From Planctomycetota bacterium (lineage in GTDB: Bacteria > Planctomycetota > UBA1135), in the NCBI GenBank assembly GCA_014382805.1, contig JACNIZ010000227.1:1-53165 (forward strand): a DNA stretch of 53,165 bases, written 5' to 3'. Of the stretch, positions 30,573 to 40,114 are shown one piece after another; position 1 is the first letter of the stretch; the number at the start of each line of letters is the position of its first letter. Made by a program: the position numbers and the translations under genes. Below the pieces are notes generated by a model. It saw nothing but the letters and a program-made list of their open reading frames with translations, was not told the origin of the DNA and made no database searches.

Positions 30573-32398
30573 GACTAAAGCAAATTCTCTGGCTGTTGCT
30601 TTTGATTGGACTCGCGTTGTTCCTGTTTACAACTGAGACAAAATCCCAAACGAGACCTATTACTCAGGCTGCAACTAAGTCGCAAAGTTCACAAGATCTC
30701 AAACAGGGAGCGCAGCAGTTGTCGGTAGTGTTGGCTGATTATGTGGCGGATCAAAAAATTGTGGGTGCGGAACTCTTGGTCATTCACAAAGGTCAAGTAT
30801 TGGTTGCCGATGCTTACGGCTGGATGGATAAAGAAGCCGAAAAGAAGCTCCAGCCCGATACCATTTTTAACATTCGTTCCATGACTAAACCCGTTACCGG
30901 GGCAGCAGCACAATTGTTGATTGATGAAGGCAAGCTGGATTTGAAGGCGCCTGTCTCAAAATACCTGCCTGGTTTCGCAACTGGACCAGGACAGGACATT
31001 TTGATTCAGCACTTATTGGAACATCGATCCGGTTTGCCGATGACCATGTTTGTGAGTTCGGTGGATGAATTTAAAAGCCTAAACGCAGTCGCAGACGCCG
31101 CCGCTGCGGCGGAATTGCATTTCACTCCTGGTAGCGACTTTTCATATTCAGACGCCGGTTCCGACGTGCTTGGAGCCGTCGTTGCTGCCGCTTGTGGCAT
31201 GTCCTTGGATGCGTTTATTCAGAGCCGTTTGCTGGATCCGTTGGGGATGAAGGATAGCTTTTATGAGTTGCAAGAAAATGACCCACGAGCACCTCGCTTG
31301 GCCAGCTTGTACGTCGGCTTTAGTGGTAGTTGGCTGCCTCATTGGAAAGCCCAAGGCGAGGTGATGTACCCTTTTGCTTGGGGATCGCAAAGCTTGTATA
31401 GCACAACCCACGACTATGCACGTTTTTTGCAAATGTGGATGGACGGCGGCGTGGTCAATGGAAAAACTTTGCTCAGTCCTGAAGCCATTCAGCGCACGTT
31501 GACGCCGGTTTCGCACATGTTGATTGGCAATAGCGACAAAGAATATCCAACCGGATTCCCAAACTTGGCTATGCACTATGGCCAAATGTCGGTGCTGTAT
31601 TGCGATGCTGACGCTGATTCAAACGCCGACGCAAATAGCTCGGTTCGAATCATCGGTCACAGTGGTTCAGATGGCACTTTGGCATACGCTTGGCCGGACC
31701 GAGATTTGATTTTGTGCATGTTTGCTCAATCGCGTGGCATGAGTTTGGTGCACCGATTTGAAGCCGACATTCAACGCCTGCTGCTCGCTCCGGAAACCAA
31801 CACCCCTCCGCCAGTTGAGCTGGTCCCGCTATTGGGCTACTACTTACCTGAATCCGGAGCGATGCGCGGCCGTCGCGTGGAAGTTGTCATGTTGCACCAA
31901 AAGTTAGCCGTCGACATTCCGGGCCAAATGGTTTTCGAACTCAGCGAGCCCGACGCCGACGGTTGGCGCTACATGCTTTTTGAGCCACGCTCCAAACTCA
32001 AATTCGAGCAAAGCGGCATGGAAGAAGCCACAGCTATCCTATTCCAGCCTCCAGGCTCGACCGAAATCGAACGCGTGCCGCGCATGCCAGACGTCGGCGA
32101 GCAGGTCGCTGCTAAATTGCCCGAAAAATTCCAGCGCTACTTCGGCTACTACTGGGACGAGGATGGTCAAGCCGAAGTCAAGTTTTACCAATTAGAAGGT
32201 GCCTTGGCGGCATCTCACCCGAAAGTGCCGGTGCCACTAAAATTCAGTGGACCAGACGCCGTAGGTTTTTGGACGATGGATTTGAATCCGACGGTACGGA
32301 TTCGATTTGTAGAAGGTGATAGCGGCGAAATCACCAGTTACGAGGTCCACGTTCAAGACCAAATCGTCCCGCGTAAACGCTTACGCGGATTGCTGTAA
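30569..32398 (+). CDS. beta-lactamase-fold serine hydrolase (class C/PBP4*-like) with extra C-terminal domain
   Basis: Signal peptide; SxxK = SMTK, YSD, HSGSDG (KTG-equivalent). Confidence 0.8.
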   Translation: MRLKQILWLLLLIGLALFLFTTETKSQTRPITQAATKSQSSQDLKQGAQQLSVVLADYVADQKIVGAELLVIHKGQVLVADAYGWMDKEAEKKLQPDTIFNIRSMTKPVTGAAAQLLIDEGKLDLKAPVSKYLPGFATGPGQDILIQHLLEHRSGLPMTMFVSSVDEFKSLNAVADAAAAAELHFTPGSDFSYSDAGSDVLGAVVAAACGMSLDAFIQSRLLDPLGMKDSFYELQENDPRAPRLASLYVGFSGSWLPHWKAQGEVMYPFAWGSQSLYSTTHDYARFLQMWMDGGVVNGKTLLSPEAIQRTLTPVSHMLIGNSDKEYPTGFPNLAMHYGQMSVLYCDADADSNADANSSVRIIGHSGSDGTLAYAWPDRDLILCMFAQSRGMSLVHRFEADIQRLLLAPETNTPPPVELVPLLGYYLPESGAMRGRRVEVVMLHQKLAVDIPGQMVFELSEPDADGWRYMLFEPRSKLKFEQSGMEEATAILFQPPGSTEIERVPRMPDVGEQVAAKLPEKFQRYFGYYWDEDGQAEVKFYQLEGALAASHPKVPVPLKFSGPDAVGFWTMDLNPTVRIRFVEGDSGEITSYEVHVQDQIVPRKRLRGLL

Positions 32399-32427
32399 CG
32401 ACAAGAATAGGGGATACTGGCCAGTTC

Positions 32428-33591
32428 ATGTCCAGAACCACTTTCCCCTCAATCTTGGCGTTGCTCCTCATCGGGGCTGGCCTGACCTCCTTCGCACCGG
32501 CCCAGCAAGAGCAGCGTCTGTCTCAAGCCACAATGGATAGTGCGAGTGCCATCGGCATCACATTGCCGGCCACCATCCCTTCGGATTGGCGCGCCATCCC
32601 GACGCCGAAACCTGCTCCGCCCCATGCGTCGACTATGGCGCCGTGGCCGACCATCGACTGGACCGAGGCGACCCCCGCATCACAAAACGTCGACAAGCAG
32701 AAGTTGATCCCAGCATTCCGCTATGCCAGTCGCCACGGTTCCAAAGCGGTCTTGGTGATTCGCAACGGCTATTTGATCGCCGAGGGCTACGCCAGTGGTT
32801 GGAATCGCTACACCGAGCAAACTGGTTATTCCATCGCCAAAAGTTTCACTAGCGCTCTGTACGGAATGGTGATCGGCGACGGCACTTTGAGCGACGAATC
32901 GGAATTGGTTGCTAGCTATATTCCAAGTTGGAATGACGCCAATCATGGTGTCGTCGAAATAAAAGACTTGCTTAGCATGCACTCTGGTCTGCATTGGGAC
33001 TTTTTTAGCGACTACGTCCTGATGCCGGCTAGCCCCAACCAAAATAGCTTTGCCGTCGGCCAGGACATGGACACCACTCCCGGCGCAACCTGGGTGTACA
33101 ACAACATGGGCGTGCAAGTGCTGTCACGCACTTTTCAATCCGCCACTGGCATGCAGCCAGCGGATTATGCGACGACGCGCTTGGCTGGAGTCATTGGCAT
33201 GTGGAACGCGAGTTGGCGCACGGACCAACGGGGCAATACGCTGACCTACCAATCGGTGATCGCTAACGCGCGTGAATTCGCCAAATTCGGTTATTTGTTC
33301 CTGCGCAATGGCGAATGGGACGGCCAGCAGGTGGTACCACAAAACTGGGTCAGCAAGTCCACTCAGCCGTCGCAAAGCCTGAATCCGTTTTACGGTTACC
33401 TATGGTGGCTAAATACAGGCGGGCTAGAAATGACCGACGTGCCAGCCGACGCCTTTTACGCTGCCGGTTTGAATGAAAGGCGCATTTACGTCGTGCCGAG
33501 CAAGGATCTGGTGGTTATCCGCCTAGGCTCAGGCAATTCAAGTTGGGATGACAACGCCTTCTTGGGCCAGATTTGTGCAGCGGCGAACTAA
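32428..33591 (+). CDS. beta-lactamase-fold serine hydrolase, secreted
   Basis: Signal peptide ILALLLIGAGLTSFAPAQQ; SxxK = SIAK; YNN-like region VYNNMG. Confidence 0.75.
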   Translation: MSRTTFPSILALLLIGAGLTSFAPAQQEQRLSQATMDSASAIGITLPATIPSDWRAIPTPKPAPPHASTMAPWPTIDWTEATPASQNVDKQKLIPAFRYASRHGSKAVLVIRNGYLIAEGYASGWNRYTEQTGYSIAKSFTSALYGMVIGDGTLSDESELVASYIPSWNDANHGVVEIKDLLSMHSGLHWDFFSDYVLMPASPNQNSFAVGQDMDTTPGATWVYNNMGVQVLSRTFQSATGMQPADYATTRLAGVIGMWNASWRTDQRGNTLTYQSVIANAREFAKFGYLFLRNGEWDGQQVVPQNWVSKSTQPSQSLNPFYGYLWWLNTGGLEMTDVPADAFYAAGLNERRIYVVPSKDLVVIRLGSGNSSWDDNAFLGQICAAAN

Positions 33592-33606
33592 CATAGTCGG
33601 CTGACC

Positions 33607-35865
33607 ATGCGTGACCCACTCCACAGGCTGTCGGTAAAGTTCAAGCTTGCATTTGGATTCGTCGGCCTGTGCGTGGGTGCGTTTGGCATTGGTGGCTTTT
33701 TCATCTCGTCGGTTGCGCAGACCGCGCTGACCGACGAAATTATGGCGCGCTTGGATTTTCAAAGCCAAGCCTATGCAACCGATTTGCACGCCAGTTTGGA
33801 AATGCTGACGCGGCGCTCGGAAGACTTCGCCTCCGACGGCTACATCCGCGAGCACCTAGCGAGCATGGTGTCCGAGACGGATGAGGTGGTCATCGCACAA
33901 TTGAAAAAGGAATTGCACCGCCACCTGCGGGTGAACAAATTGCCATTGGAGCCGGCATTTATGGATTTAGCGGTAGTTTCCGCCGTCGGCGAAATGCAAG
34001 TGGCGGTGCTGGATGAAACCAGTGATACGGCGCTGCATTTGGCGAAATGGTCCATCACCCAAGAAACTTCAGCCTCAAGCGAGGTCTTGCCAGGGTCGGC
34101 CAGTCGATCTCCAGGGCTGGTCGTGGCGACGCCAATTTTGGGGCTGCGCTCGGGCCAACCCATCGGCCGCTTGTTGGCGACTATCCGGGCTGGAGTTTGG
34201 GTGACTTTGGCTATGCGCAATGCGCGAATCGGCCGCGATCGCACCATGGAAGATGTCGGCTTGCGGCTTTATGACAATAGCGGTGGCTGTTTGGTCGTGC
34301 CGCCGCGGTTTCTAAATTATGGAGCCGACGGCACCATGTCGTTGCAGGTTCAGGAGGGGCAGGGCTTGGCCGTTTTAGGGCCGTCCGAGGTGCATAATTT
34401 GTCGCGAGCCGGCGTGCGCGGCCAGGACGTCTTTCGCAAGCAATTCCCGATTGGCAATAGTGGTTGGAACGCGGAAGTTTCGATTCACTCGCAGCGAGCA
34501 TTGGCCCCGGTTTCTAGTTTGCAGAGTGATTTTTTCTTCGTTGGCCTAGTTTTGGCCGCGGCTTCGATTTTCTTGCTTTATTTTCCATTGCGCTATTTGG
34601 CCAAGCCGATGGCGATGCTGCGGGATGCGGCGTTGAGTATTCGCGAAGGTGATTTTTCAACGCGCGTGGAAGTGGACTCGGAGGACGAAGTGGGGGATTT
34701 AGCGAAATCGTTTAACTTGATGGCGGCGGCAGTGGAAAGTCGAAATGCTGAATTGGAAAAGAATGCCGCCGACCTTCGGGAACGCCAATTGGAAGTGCTT
34801 GCGCAACGCGATCGTTTGGACCGGGTGATCTCAACCTTGCGCGATGGATTGGTCGTGTTTGGTGCGAATGGAGAGGTGCTGCTCTCGAATCGCGCCGCCA
34901 AGCCGTTATTGGAATTTATTCGCCAAACTCAAGGCGGTGCCAAACAACATCGCAACCGCCGCCAATGTCCATCTGCACAGATTCAATTGGAGGACCATGG
35001 TTGCGAACTGTGTTTGGGCGGCACTAACTTTGATAAGCCACAAACTTGCATGTTGGAGTTTGGTGACCGCATTTTTGACATTCATGCCACGCCACTCCCG
35101 CTCGGCGAAAGCGGCGACTTCGGACGCATTCTGTCGGCCCGCGATATTACCTTGCGAGTGGCCCGAGATGAACGCGAAATCCACCAAGAGCGCTTGGTCG
35201 TATTGGGTGAAGTGGCGGCGGTGATGGCGCATGAATTAAATAATCCGCTTGCTTCGATCAGTATGTTTAATCAATTGATGGAGGCGAAGCTGCCCGCGGA
35301 TTCGGAATTGCACGAAAACATTGATGTGATTAAGCGCAACACCGAAACCTGTAAGCGGGTGATCGGTGAACTGCTTAGTTACGCCAATGACACGACGCCT
35401 GAACTATCATTGGTGGATATACACAGCGTGCTTCAAGACGTCGGCCGGTTCTTGAGGCCGGTGGTAGATCGCAGTCGAGTTGCGTTGAATTTAGAGCTGG
35501 AATCGGAGAATCCTTGGGTGATGGGCGACGAGGTTCAACTGCGCCAAATTTTCGTCAACCTGGTGATGAATGCCACTCAGGCGGTGGCGGCGGGCGGGAA
35601 AATTGACCTGAAATCCTTTGATCAAGGCAGTCAGCTGATCATCGCGGTACGCGACACCGGCAGCGGAATCCCTGCCGACGCCCAGAAAAACATCTTCCGC
35701 GCCTTTTTCACCACAAAAGCGCGCGGCGAAGGCACGGGGTTGGGCCTGCCGACCGCAAAACGAATTGCCGAACTGCACGGTGGCGGAATTGAGTTGATGC
35801 AATCGGACGACCAAGGCACACTCTTCCACGTCCGCTTGCGCCCCTCCCTTGAGGTTTCTGCATGA
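33607..35865 (+). CDS. sensor histidine kinase: TM, approx 270-aa periplasmic domain, TM, HAMP, PAS with 4-Cys insert, HisKA, HATPase
   Basis: TM1 FGFVGLCVGAFGIGGFFI, TM2 FFFVGLVLAAASIFLLYF, HAMP LAKPMAMLRDAALSIREGDF...VGDLAKSFNLMA, H-box AHELNNPL, N-box NLVMNA, G1 DTGSGI, G2 GTGLGL; Cys454/466/469/481. Confidence 0.9.
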   Translation: MRDPLHRLSVKFKLAFGFVGLCVGAFGIGGFFISSVAQTALTDEIMARLDFQSQAYATDLHASLEMLTRRSEDFASDGYIREHLASMVSETDEVVIAQLKKELHRHLRVNKLPLEPAFMDLAVVSAVGEMQVAVLDETSDTALHLAKWSITQETSASSEVLPGSASRSPGLVVATPILGLRSGQPIGRLLATIRAGVWVTLAMRNARIGRDRTMEDVGLRLYDNSGGCLVVPPRFLNYGADGTMSLQVQEGQGLAVLGPSEVHNLSRAGVRGQDVFRKQFPIGNSGWNAEVSIHSQRALAPVSSLQSDFFFVGLVLAAASIFLLYFPLRYLAKPMAMLRDAALSIREGDFSTRVEVDSEDEVGDLAKSFNLMAAAVESRNAELEKNAADLRERQLEVLAQRDRLDRVISTLRDGLVVFGANGEVLLSNRAAKPLLEFIRQTQGGAKQHRNRRQCPSAQIQLEDHGCELCLGGTNFDKPQTCMLEFGDRIFDIHATPLPLGESGDFGRILSARDITLRVARDEREIHQERLVVLGEVAAVMAHELNNPLASISMFNQLMEAKLPADSELHENIDVIKRNTETCKRVIGELLSYANDTTPELSLVDIHSVLQDVGRFLRPVVDRSRVALNLELESENPWVMGDEVQLRQIFVNLVMNATQAVAAGGKIDLKSFDQGSQLIIAVRDTGSGIPADAQKNIFRAFFTTKARGEGTGLGLPTAKRIAELHGGGIELMQSDDQGTLFHVRLRPSLEVSA

Positions 35866-37274
35866 ACAGCGAAATCTACGAAGCCATCGATATTTCAGAA
35901 CTTCGCGTCCTGGTTGTGGATGACGAAGCGGATATTCGTTTGGGCCTGTCGCTGCTGATGGAAACGATTGGTATTCAGGCAACCCAAGCCGCCGACGGTC
36001 GGGAAGCGCTGAACTTGTTCAAACAGCGAGAATTCGACCTAGTGCTTACCGACTTGATGATGCCGGAATTGACCGGCGCCGAGTTATTGGTTGAGGTCAA
36101 AAAGATCAAGCCCGAAGCTGCGGTGGTGCTGTTGACGGGCTTCGGTTCGGTGCAATCGGCGGTGCAATGCATGCAAAATGGAGCTTCGCATTTTCTGAGC
36201 AAACCGTTTGAAAATGCTGAGGTGGTGCGGCTGGTGAAACGCCTAGGATGCCATTTAATCGCCCAACGCAGCCAACCTCAGCAAGGCGTGCAGGTGATCG
36301 CGGAAGACCCCGCAACTCTGCGCATGTTGGAGCTAGTGCGGCGGGTTGCCCCGCGGCCTGTGCCAGTGATGATTGAAGGCGAAAGCGGCGCAGGTAAAGA
36401 AGTTGTGGCGCGTGCGATTTATGAATGGAGCAGTGTGAGTGAAGGACCGTTTTTGGCCGTCAACTGTGCTGCTCTGCCGGACACTCTGCTGGAATCAGAG
36501 CTATTTGGGCATAAAAAAGGCGCCTTCACCGGTGCCGACCGCGACCGTACCGGCGTTTTCGTCAAAGCCCAAGGCGGCACCGTTTTTCTCGACGAAGTGG
36601 CTTCCATGTCGCCCGCCTTCCAGGGCAAACTGCTGCGCGTACTCCAAGAAAAAGTAGTTCGGCCCGTCGGCAGCGATTACGACGTAGCCGTCAACTTCCG
36701 TTTGATTGCGGCGACCAATCGCGACTTAGAGGCATTGGTCAAGCAAGGCAAATTCCGTGAGGATTTGTTCTTCCGCTTGATGGTGGTGCGCATCCATATT
36801 CCGCCGTTGCGCCATCGACCCAAGGACATCCTGCCACTGGCGCTGCACTTTCTGCGCAGCCAATGCCTGATGTGTTTGGGGCCAGGAGCATCAACACCGG
36901 AATTCGCCGAAGATACTATTCAGCGGCTGCTTCGTTACGACTGGCCTGGGAATATTCGCGAATTGGAAAACGCCATCCAACGGGCGTTGATCACCTGTTG
37001 CGGGGAGCGTGTATTGCCTTACCACTTAGGCTTGGATGAGAACGGCTGGCAGTCAGTATTGTCTCAGCCCAGTGAAGAGGTTGAAAGTGAAACTTACGCC
37101 GACGCCAAACGTCGGTCGCTGGAAGCGTTCCAACGTGAGTTCGTGAGTCGCGCCCTGGAAAATTCGCAGGGCAATGTTTCACAAGCGGCAAGCAAGTGTG
37201 GTTTAACACGAGCGGCCTTCCAAAAAATTCTTCGTCAGTTGGATATCGATCGCGAATCCTTCTTGCCTGAATAA
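35862..37274 (+). CDS. sigma-54-dependent response regulator (NtrC family bEBP)
   Basis: REC domain (VVDDE, TDLMMP); AAA+ GESGAGKE, ESELFGH, intact GAFTGA; C-terminal Fis-type HTH GNVSQAASKCGLTRAAFQKILRQL; ATGA overlap with the kinase. Confidence 0.9.
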   Translation: MNSEIYEAIDISELRVLVVDDEADIRLGLSLLMETIGIQATQAADGREALNLFKQREFDLVLTDLMMPELTGAELLVEVKKIKPEAAVVLLTGFGSVQSAVQCMQNGASHFLSKPFENAEVVRLVKRLGCHLIAQRSQPQQGVQVIAEDPATLRMLELVRRVAPRPVPVMIEGESGAGKEVVARAIYEWSSVSEGPFLAVNCAALPDTLLESELFGHKKGAFTGADRDRTGVFVKAQGGTVFLDEVASMSPAFQGKLLRVLQEKVVRPVGSDYDVAVNFRLIAATNRDLEALVKQGKFREDLFFRLMVVRIHIPPLRHRPKDILPLALHFLRSQCLMCLGPGASTPEFAEDTIQRLLRYDWPGNIRELENAIQRALITCCGERVLPYHLGLDENGWQSVLSQPSEEVESETYADAKRRSLEAFQREFVSRALENSQGNVSQAASKCGLTRAAFQKILRQLDIDRESFLPE

Positions 37275-37312
37275 GCTTTTCGTTGCATCGAGTTCCTGCA
37301 CCTCCAGCGCAC

Positions 37313-38692
37313 ATGAATCCTGACTTTGAACAACAAATCCTGCGCTTAGCTCAGGAATTTTTGGACCCCAGCACCTCAGCCGGCAAGCCGGTGGCTCAAC
37401 TGCAACCGCCGCGTGCGGTTTCTAAGCAAATGGGTTTGCATGACGCCATCCATCAGGGCGTCGGACGGGAGGGTACGCTGCGCATACTGAAGGATTATTT
37501 GGACCGCACGACGCGGGTTCGTGATCCGCGCTTCATGGCTCACCAAGTGGCGGTGCCCTACCCCGAATCGGCAATGGGGGAGATGCTGCACAGTTTGACT
37601 AATAACGGCTACGGCACTTATGAAATGGGCCCTCAGGCGGCGGCGTTGGAGCTGGAGTTGGTGGATTGGTTTCTGCAGAAAATCGGCTGGACGCAGGGTA
37701 GCGGACTTCTGACCCACGGTGGATCACTTGCCAACTTGACTGCATTGCTTAGCGCTCGCGCAGCCACCTTTCCACAGGCTTGGCAGGATGGGACGCCATC
37801 GCAAGCGATAATGTTGGCGCCTGAAGTCAGCCATTATTCGGTGCAGCGCTCAGCAGCAATGCTCGGTCTAGGCACCAAGCAGGTGTGGAGCATTCCCGTC
37901 AACGATCGCGGCATGGTTTGCCCCGACGGCTTGGACCGCTTACTCCAAACCGCCGCAGCGCAAGGCAAGCAGGTGATGGCCGTAGTAGCCAACGCCTGTG
38001 CGACGGCAACCGGATTGTTTGACCCACTTCCCGAAATCGTTGCTTTGTGTAAGCAGTATCAAGTTTGGTTACACGTCGACGGCTGTCATGGTGCTTCGGT
38101 TTTGCTGTCGGATAAGCATCGGCATTTGGTGGTTGGTATCGATGGCGCCGATTCAGTGAGTTGGGATGCGCATAAATTATTGGGCTCCAGTGCGCTGTGT
38201 GCGGCGGTGCTTTATCGAGAAGAAGTTTCCGCCTACCGTACCTTTGATCAAGATGAAAGCTATTTATCTAGTGGTGCGGCGGGGGAAGAGCTGCCGTTTT
38301 TGCGTTCGGTGGAATGCACAAAAAGCGGCTTAGGCATGCGTTTGTTCATGGTACTGGCCGTCCATGGTGAACAAAAACTGGCCGCCGATTTGGAGCGGAT
38401 GTTCCAAAATGCACAGGACCTTTATCAACTCATGCAGCAAAATCCTGAGCTTGAGGTCGCGATGCAACCCCAATCCAATATTGTTCTCTTTAGGCCAAAT
38501 GTGCCAAATTCGGCTATCGAGCCTATCCGTCGGCAGTTAATTGATAATGGTAATGCATACCTTTCCGCCGCTGATTTCGACGGCAAGCGTTGGTTGAGAG
38601 CTTGTTTGATGAATCCGGAAACCGGCATGAACCAATTCACTAGCCTGAGCATGGAAGTTTTACGGTTGGCAAAAGCAGTGGGAACTGTGTGA
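37313..38692 (+). CDS. group II pyridoxal-phosphate-dependent decarboxylase
   Basis: GGSLANLTALLSAR, HVDGCHGA, PLP-lysine motif SWDAHK; start ATG 37313 preferred over TTG 37283. Confidence 0.8.
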   Translation: MNPDFEQQILRLAQEFLDPSTSAGKPVAQLQPPRAVSKQMGLHDAIHQGVGREGTLRILKDYLDRTTRVRDPRFMAHQVAVPYPESAMGEMLHSLTNNGYGTYEMGPQAAALELELVDWFLQKIGWTQGSGLLTHGGSLANLTALLSARAATFPQAWQDGTPSQAIMLAPEVSHYSVQRSAAMLGLGTKQVWSIPVNDRGMVCPDGLDRLLQTAAAQGKQVMAVVANACATATGLFDPLPEIVALCKQYQVWLHVDGCHGASVLLSDKHRHLVVGIDGADSVSWDAHKLLGSSALCAAVLYREEVSAYRTFDQDESYLSSGAAGEELPFLRSVECTKSGLGMRLFMVLAVHGEQKLAADLERMFQNAQDLYQLMQQNPELEVAMQPQSNIVLFRPNVPNSAIEPIRRQLIDNGNAYLSAADFDGKRWLRACLMNPETGMNQFTSLSMEVLRLAKAVGTV

Positions 38693-38802
38693 CACGATTT
38701 TGTGGTTAGTTTCAAAATTTTGGCGCTAGATTTCCAAAGAACTCGTTTGCCTGGACGTTGTACTTTTTGTCTACGGAAGCTTGTTCTGCAAATCACCACC
38801 AA

Positions 38803-39816
38803 ATGAGAAACGTTTTTCTACTAGCCAGTGTGGCTTGGACATTTGCCGCCACCGCTACTCCTTCTACTTCACAAGAATCATCCTTAGTTAAAGCTGCCAA
38901 GCAACGAATTGAAGAAATCAATTCCGACCTTTCAAATCCAGCATTCGAATTCACCTACCTTTGCGACCAACGCCTTGCGGTAGTTCATCCCAAGTGCCAC
39001 GATTTAAAATTATTTCTTCCTACCCAAGGGGGGGCCAGTAAGGAAACCGTGCACTTGCAAGATGCGTTCAAACCGATATTTGAATGGTTAGATCAAGATT
39101 ACATGCAGTCTTCGCAATCATTGGCGGCTGAGGCCAGCAGTAAAGACAAAAAGGTGGAAGCGCCGTTGGTTTTGCTTCTCGTTGAGCGCTTGGACCACCG
39201 CTTGCAGTTCAATGTGCGCTACTCCGACGGCGTTTTGCTCGATGACATGCTGATGCATTATTTACTGCCATTGGGCCACGAAGATTGTTTGGGTGTGCCA
39301 TGCGCTTACCCAGGCTCGTGCGCCGATGCCACCAGTTGCCAGTGGGAAATTCATGTTCCTGTGTGCGAGCTTGTGAACCGTGGCACGGCGGAATTGCTGG
39401 AAAAAAAATATGGTGAGCTGCCGCCAGCCATTTTGGGATTGGCCGAGATCGTTGAGGTCGGCGTGACCGGTGGCCACTACGCGTATCGCCATTGGGGCAA
39501 TCAAAATCCGATTCTGCCCCATTCGGAGCGAAATGGCTACGCTGACGAATTCCGCTCAGTTTTGAAAAAACGGTATGCAAAGAAGAAGCTGCGCGAGCCA
39601 TTTTTATTAGAGCTACTGGGCTGGAAAGGCGGATATTTCAGCACCGACAAGTACGCTGCTAGCTGGGGTCTAGGACAAATCTTGCTGGGCCATTTAAAGG
39701 AAACTGGTAGGGGCGAGGATAAGCGCAATTTGGGCGATTTGCTGCTGGCCATAGGGCAGCTAAAAAAAGCAAGTCCGCAGGCTGTGCTCGATGAGATTTT
39801 GAAATTTGATCCCTAG
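38803..39816 (+). CDS. hypothetical secreted protein (Cys-rich central segment)
   Basis: ATG 38803, signal peptide MRNVFLLASVAWTFAATA; CLGVPCAYPGSCADATSCQWEIHVPVC; no domain recognised. Confidence 0.55.
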   Translation: MRNVFLLASVAWTFAATATPSTSQESSLVKAAKQRIEEINSDLSNPAFEFTYLCDQRLAVVHPKCHDLKLFLPTQGGASKETVHLQDAFKPIFEWLDQDYMQSSQSLAAEASSKDKKVEAPLVLLLVERLDHRLQFNVRYSDGVLLDDMLMHYLLPLGHEDCLGVPCAYPGSCADATSCQWEIHVPVCELVNRGTAELLEKKYGELPPAILGLAEIVEVGVTGGHYAYRHWGNQNPILPHSERNGYADEFRSVLKKRYAKKKLREPFLLELLGWKGGYFSTDKYAASWGLGQILLGHLKETGRGEDKRNLGDLLLAIGQLKKASPQAVLDEILKFDP

Positions 39817-39912
39817 TTTGAAAGCACCTTCAAAAAGAAAATTTCGACAAAATATTCTAAAAATTTGCATCGATTGCTATTCGATTGAGTCCAGCTGAAT
39901 GCACTTTTTTGC

Positions 39913-39940
39913 AGCGGTGCATGTTTCAGTATGCACCGCT
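39913..39940. promoter_or_regulatory. candidate upstream activator site 1: perfect 10+10 bp dyad
   Basis: AGCGGTGCAT-GTTTCAGT-ATGCACCGCT; core TGCAT-N8-ATGCA; about 172 bp upstream of the -24 element. Confidence 0.55.
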
Positions 39941-39982
39941 AAGTGGCGGGTTTCCGCCGGTTTTGAGCATGATTGAGCAAGG

Positions 39983-40004
39983 GATGCATATTTAAGTATG
40001 CAGC
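39983..40004. promoter_or_regulatory. candidate upstream activator site 2: TGCAT-N8-ATGCA dyad
   Basis: GATGCAT-ATTTAAGT-ATGCAGC; same core and spacing as site 1, spacer 6/8 identical; about 105 bp upstream of the -24 element. Confidence 0.5.
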
Positions 40005-40097
40005 TGGTATCGGGGAGTTTGCTTTTCTGGATTTGCGTAAATTTCGTAACCTGTTTTAATTTAAAGACTTGGGTTGTTTTGATCTGCGCACGCGCGT

Positions 40098-40114
40098 TGG
40101 CACAAGGGTTGCAT
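40098..40114 (+). promoter_or_regulatory. sigma-54 (-24/-12) promoter in front of the nar operon
   Basis: TGGCAC-AAGGG-TTGCAT matches TGGCAC-N5-TTGCW at every conserved position; followed by GGAGG (40125-40129) and a TTG start at 40138. Confidence 0.6.

Noticed and set aside
39983-40004. Resemblance of the ATGCAT-rich dyads to NsrR/Rrf2-type operators
   Set aside because: As I recall the E. coli NsrR consensus (an 11-1-11 inverted repeat around ATGCAT), the two TGCAT cores are about 5 nt apart. Here they are 8 nt apart. With a sigma-54 promoter about 100 bp downstream, an enhancer-site reading is more parsimonious. This was not tested.
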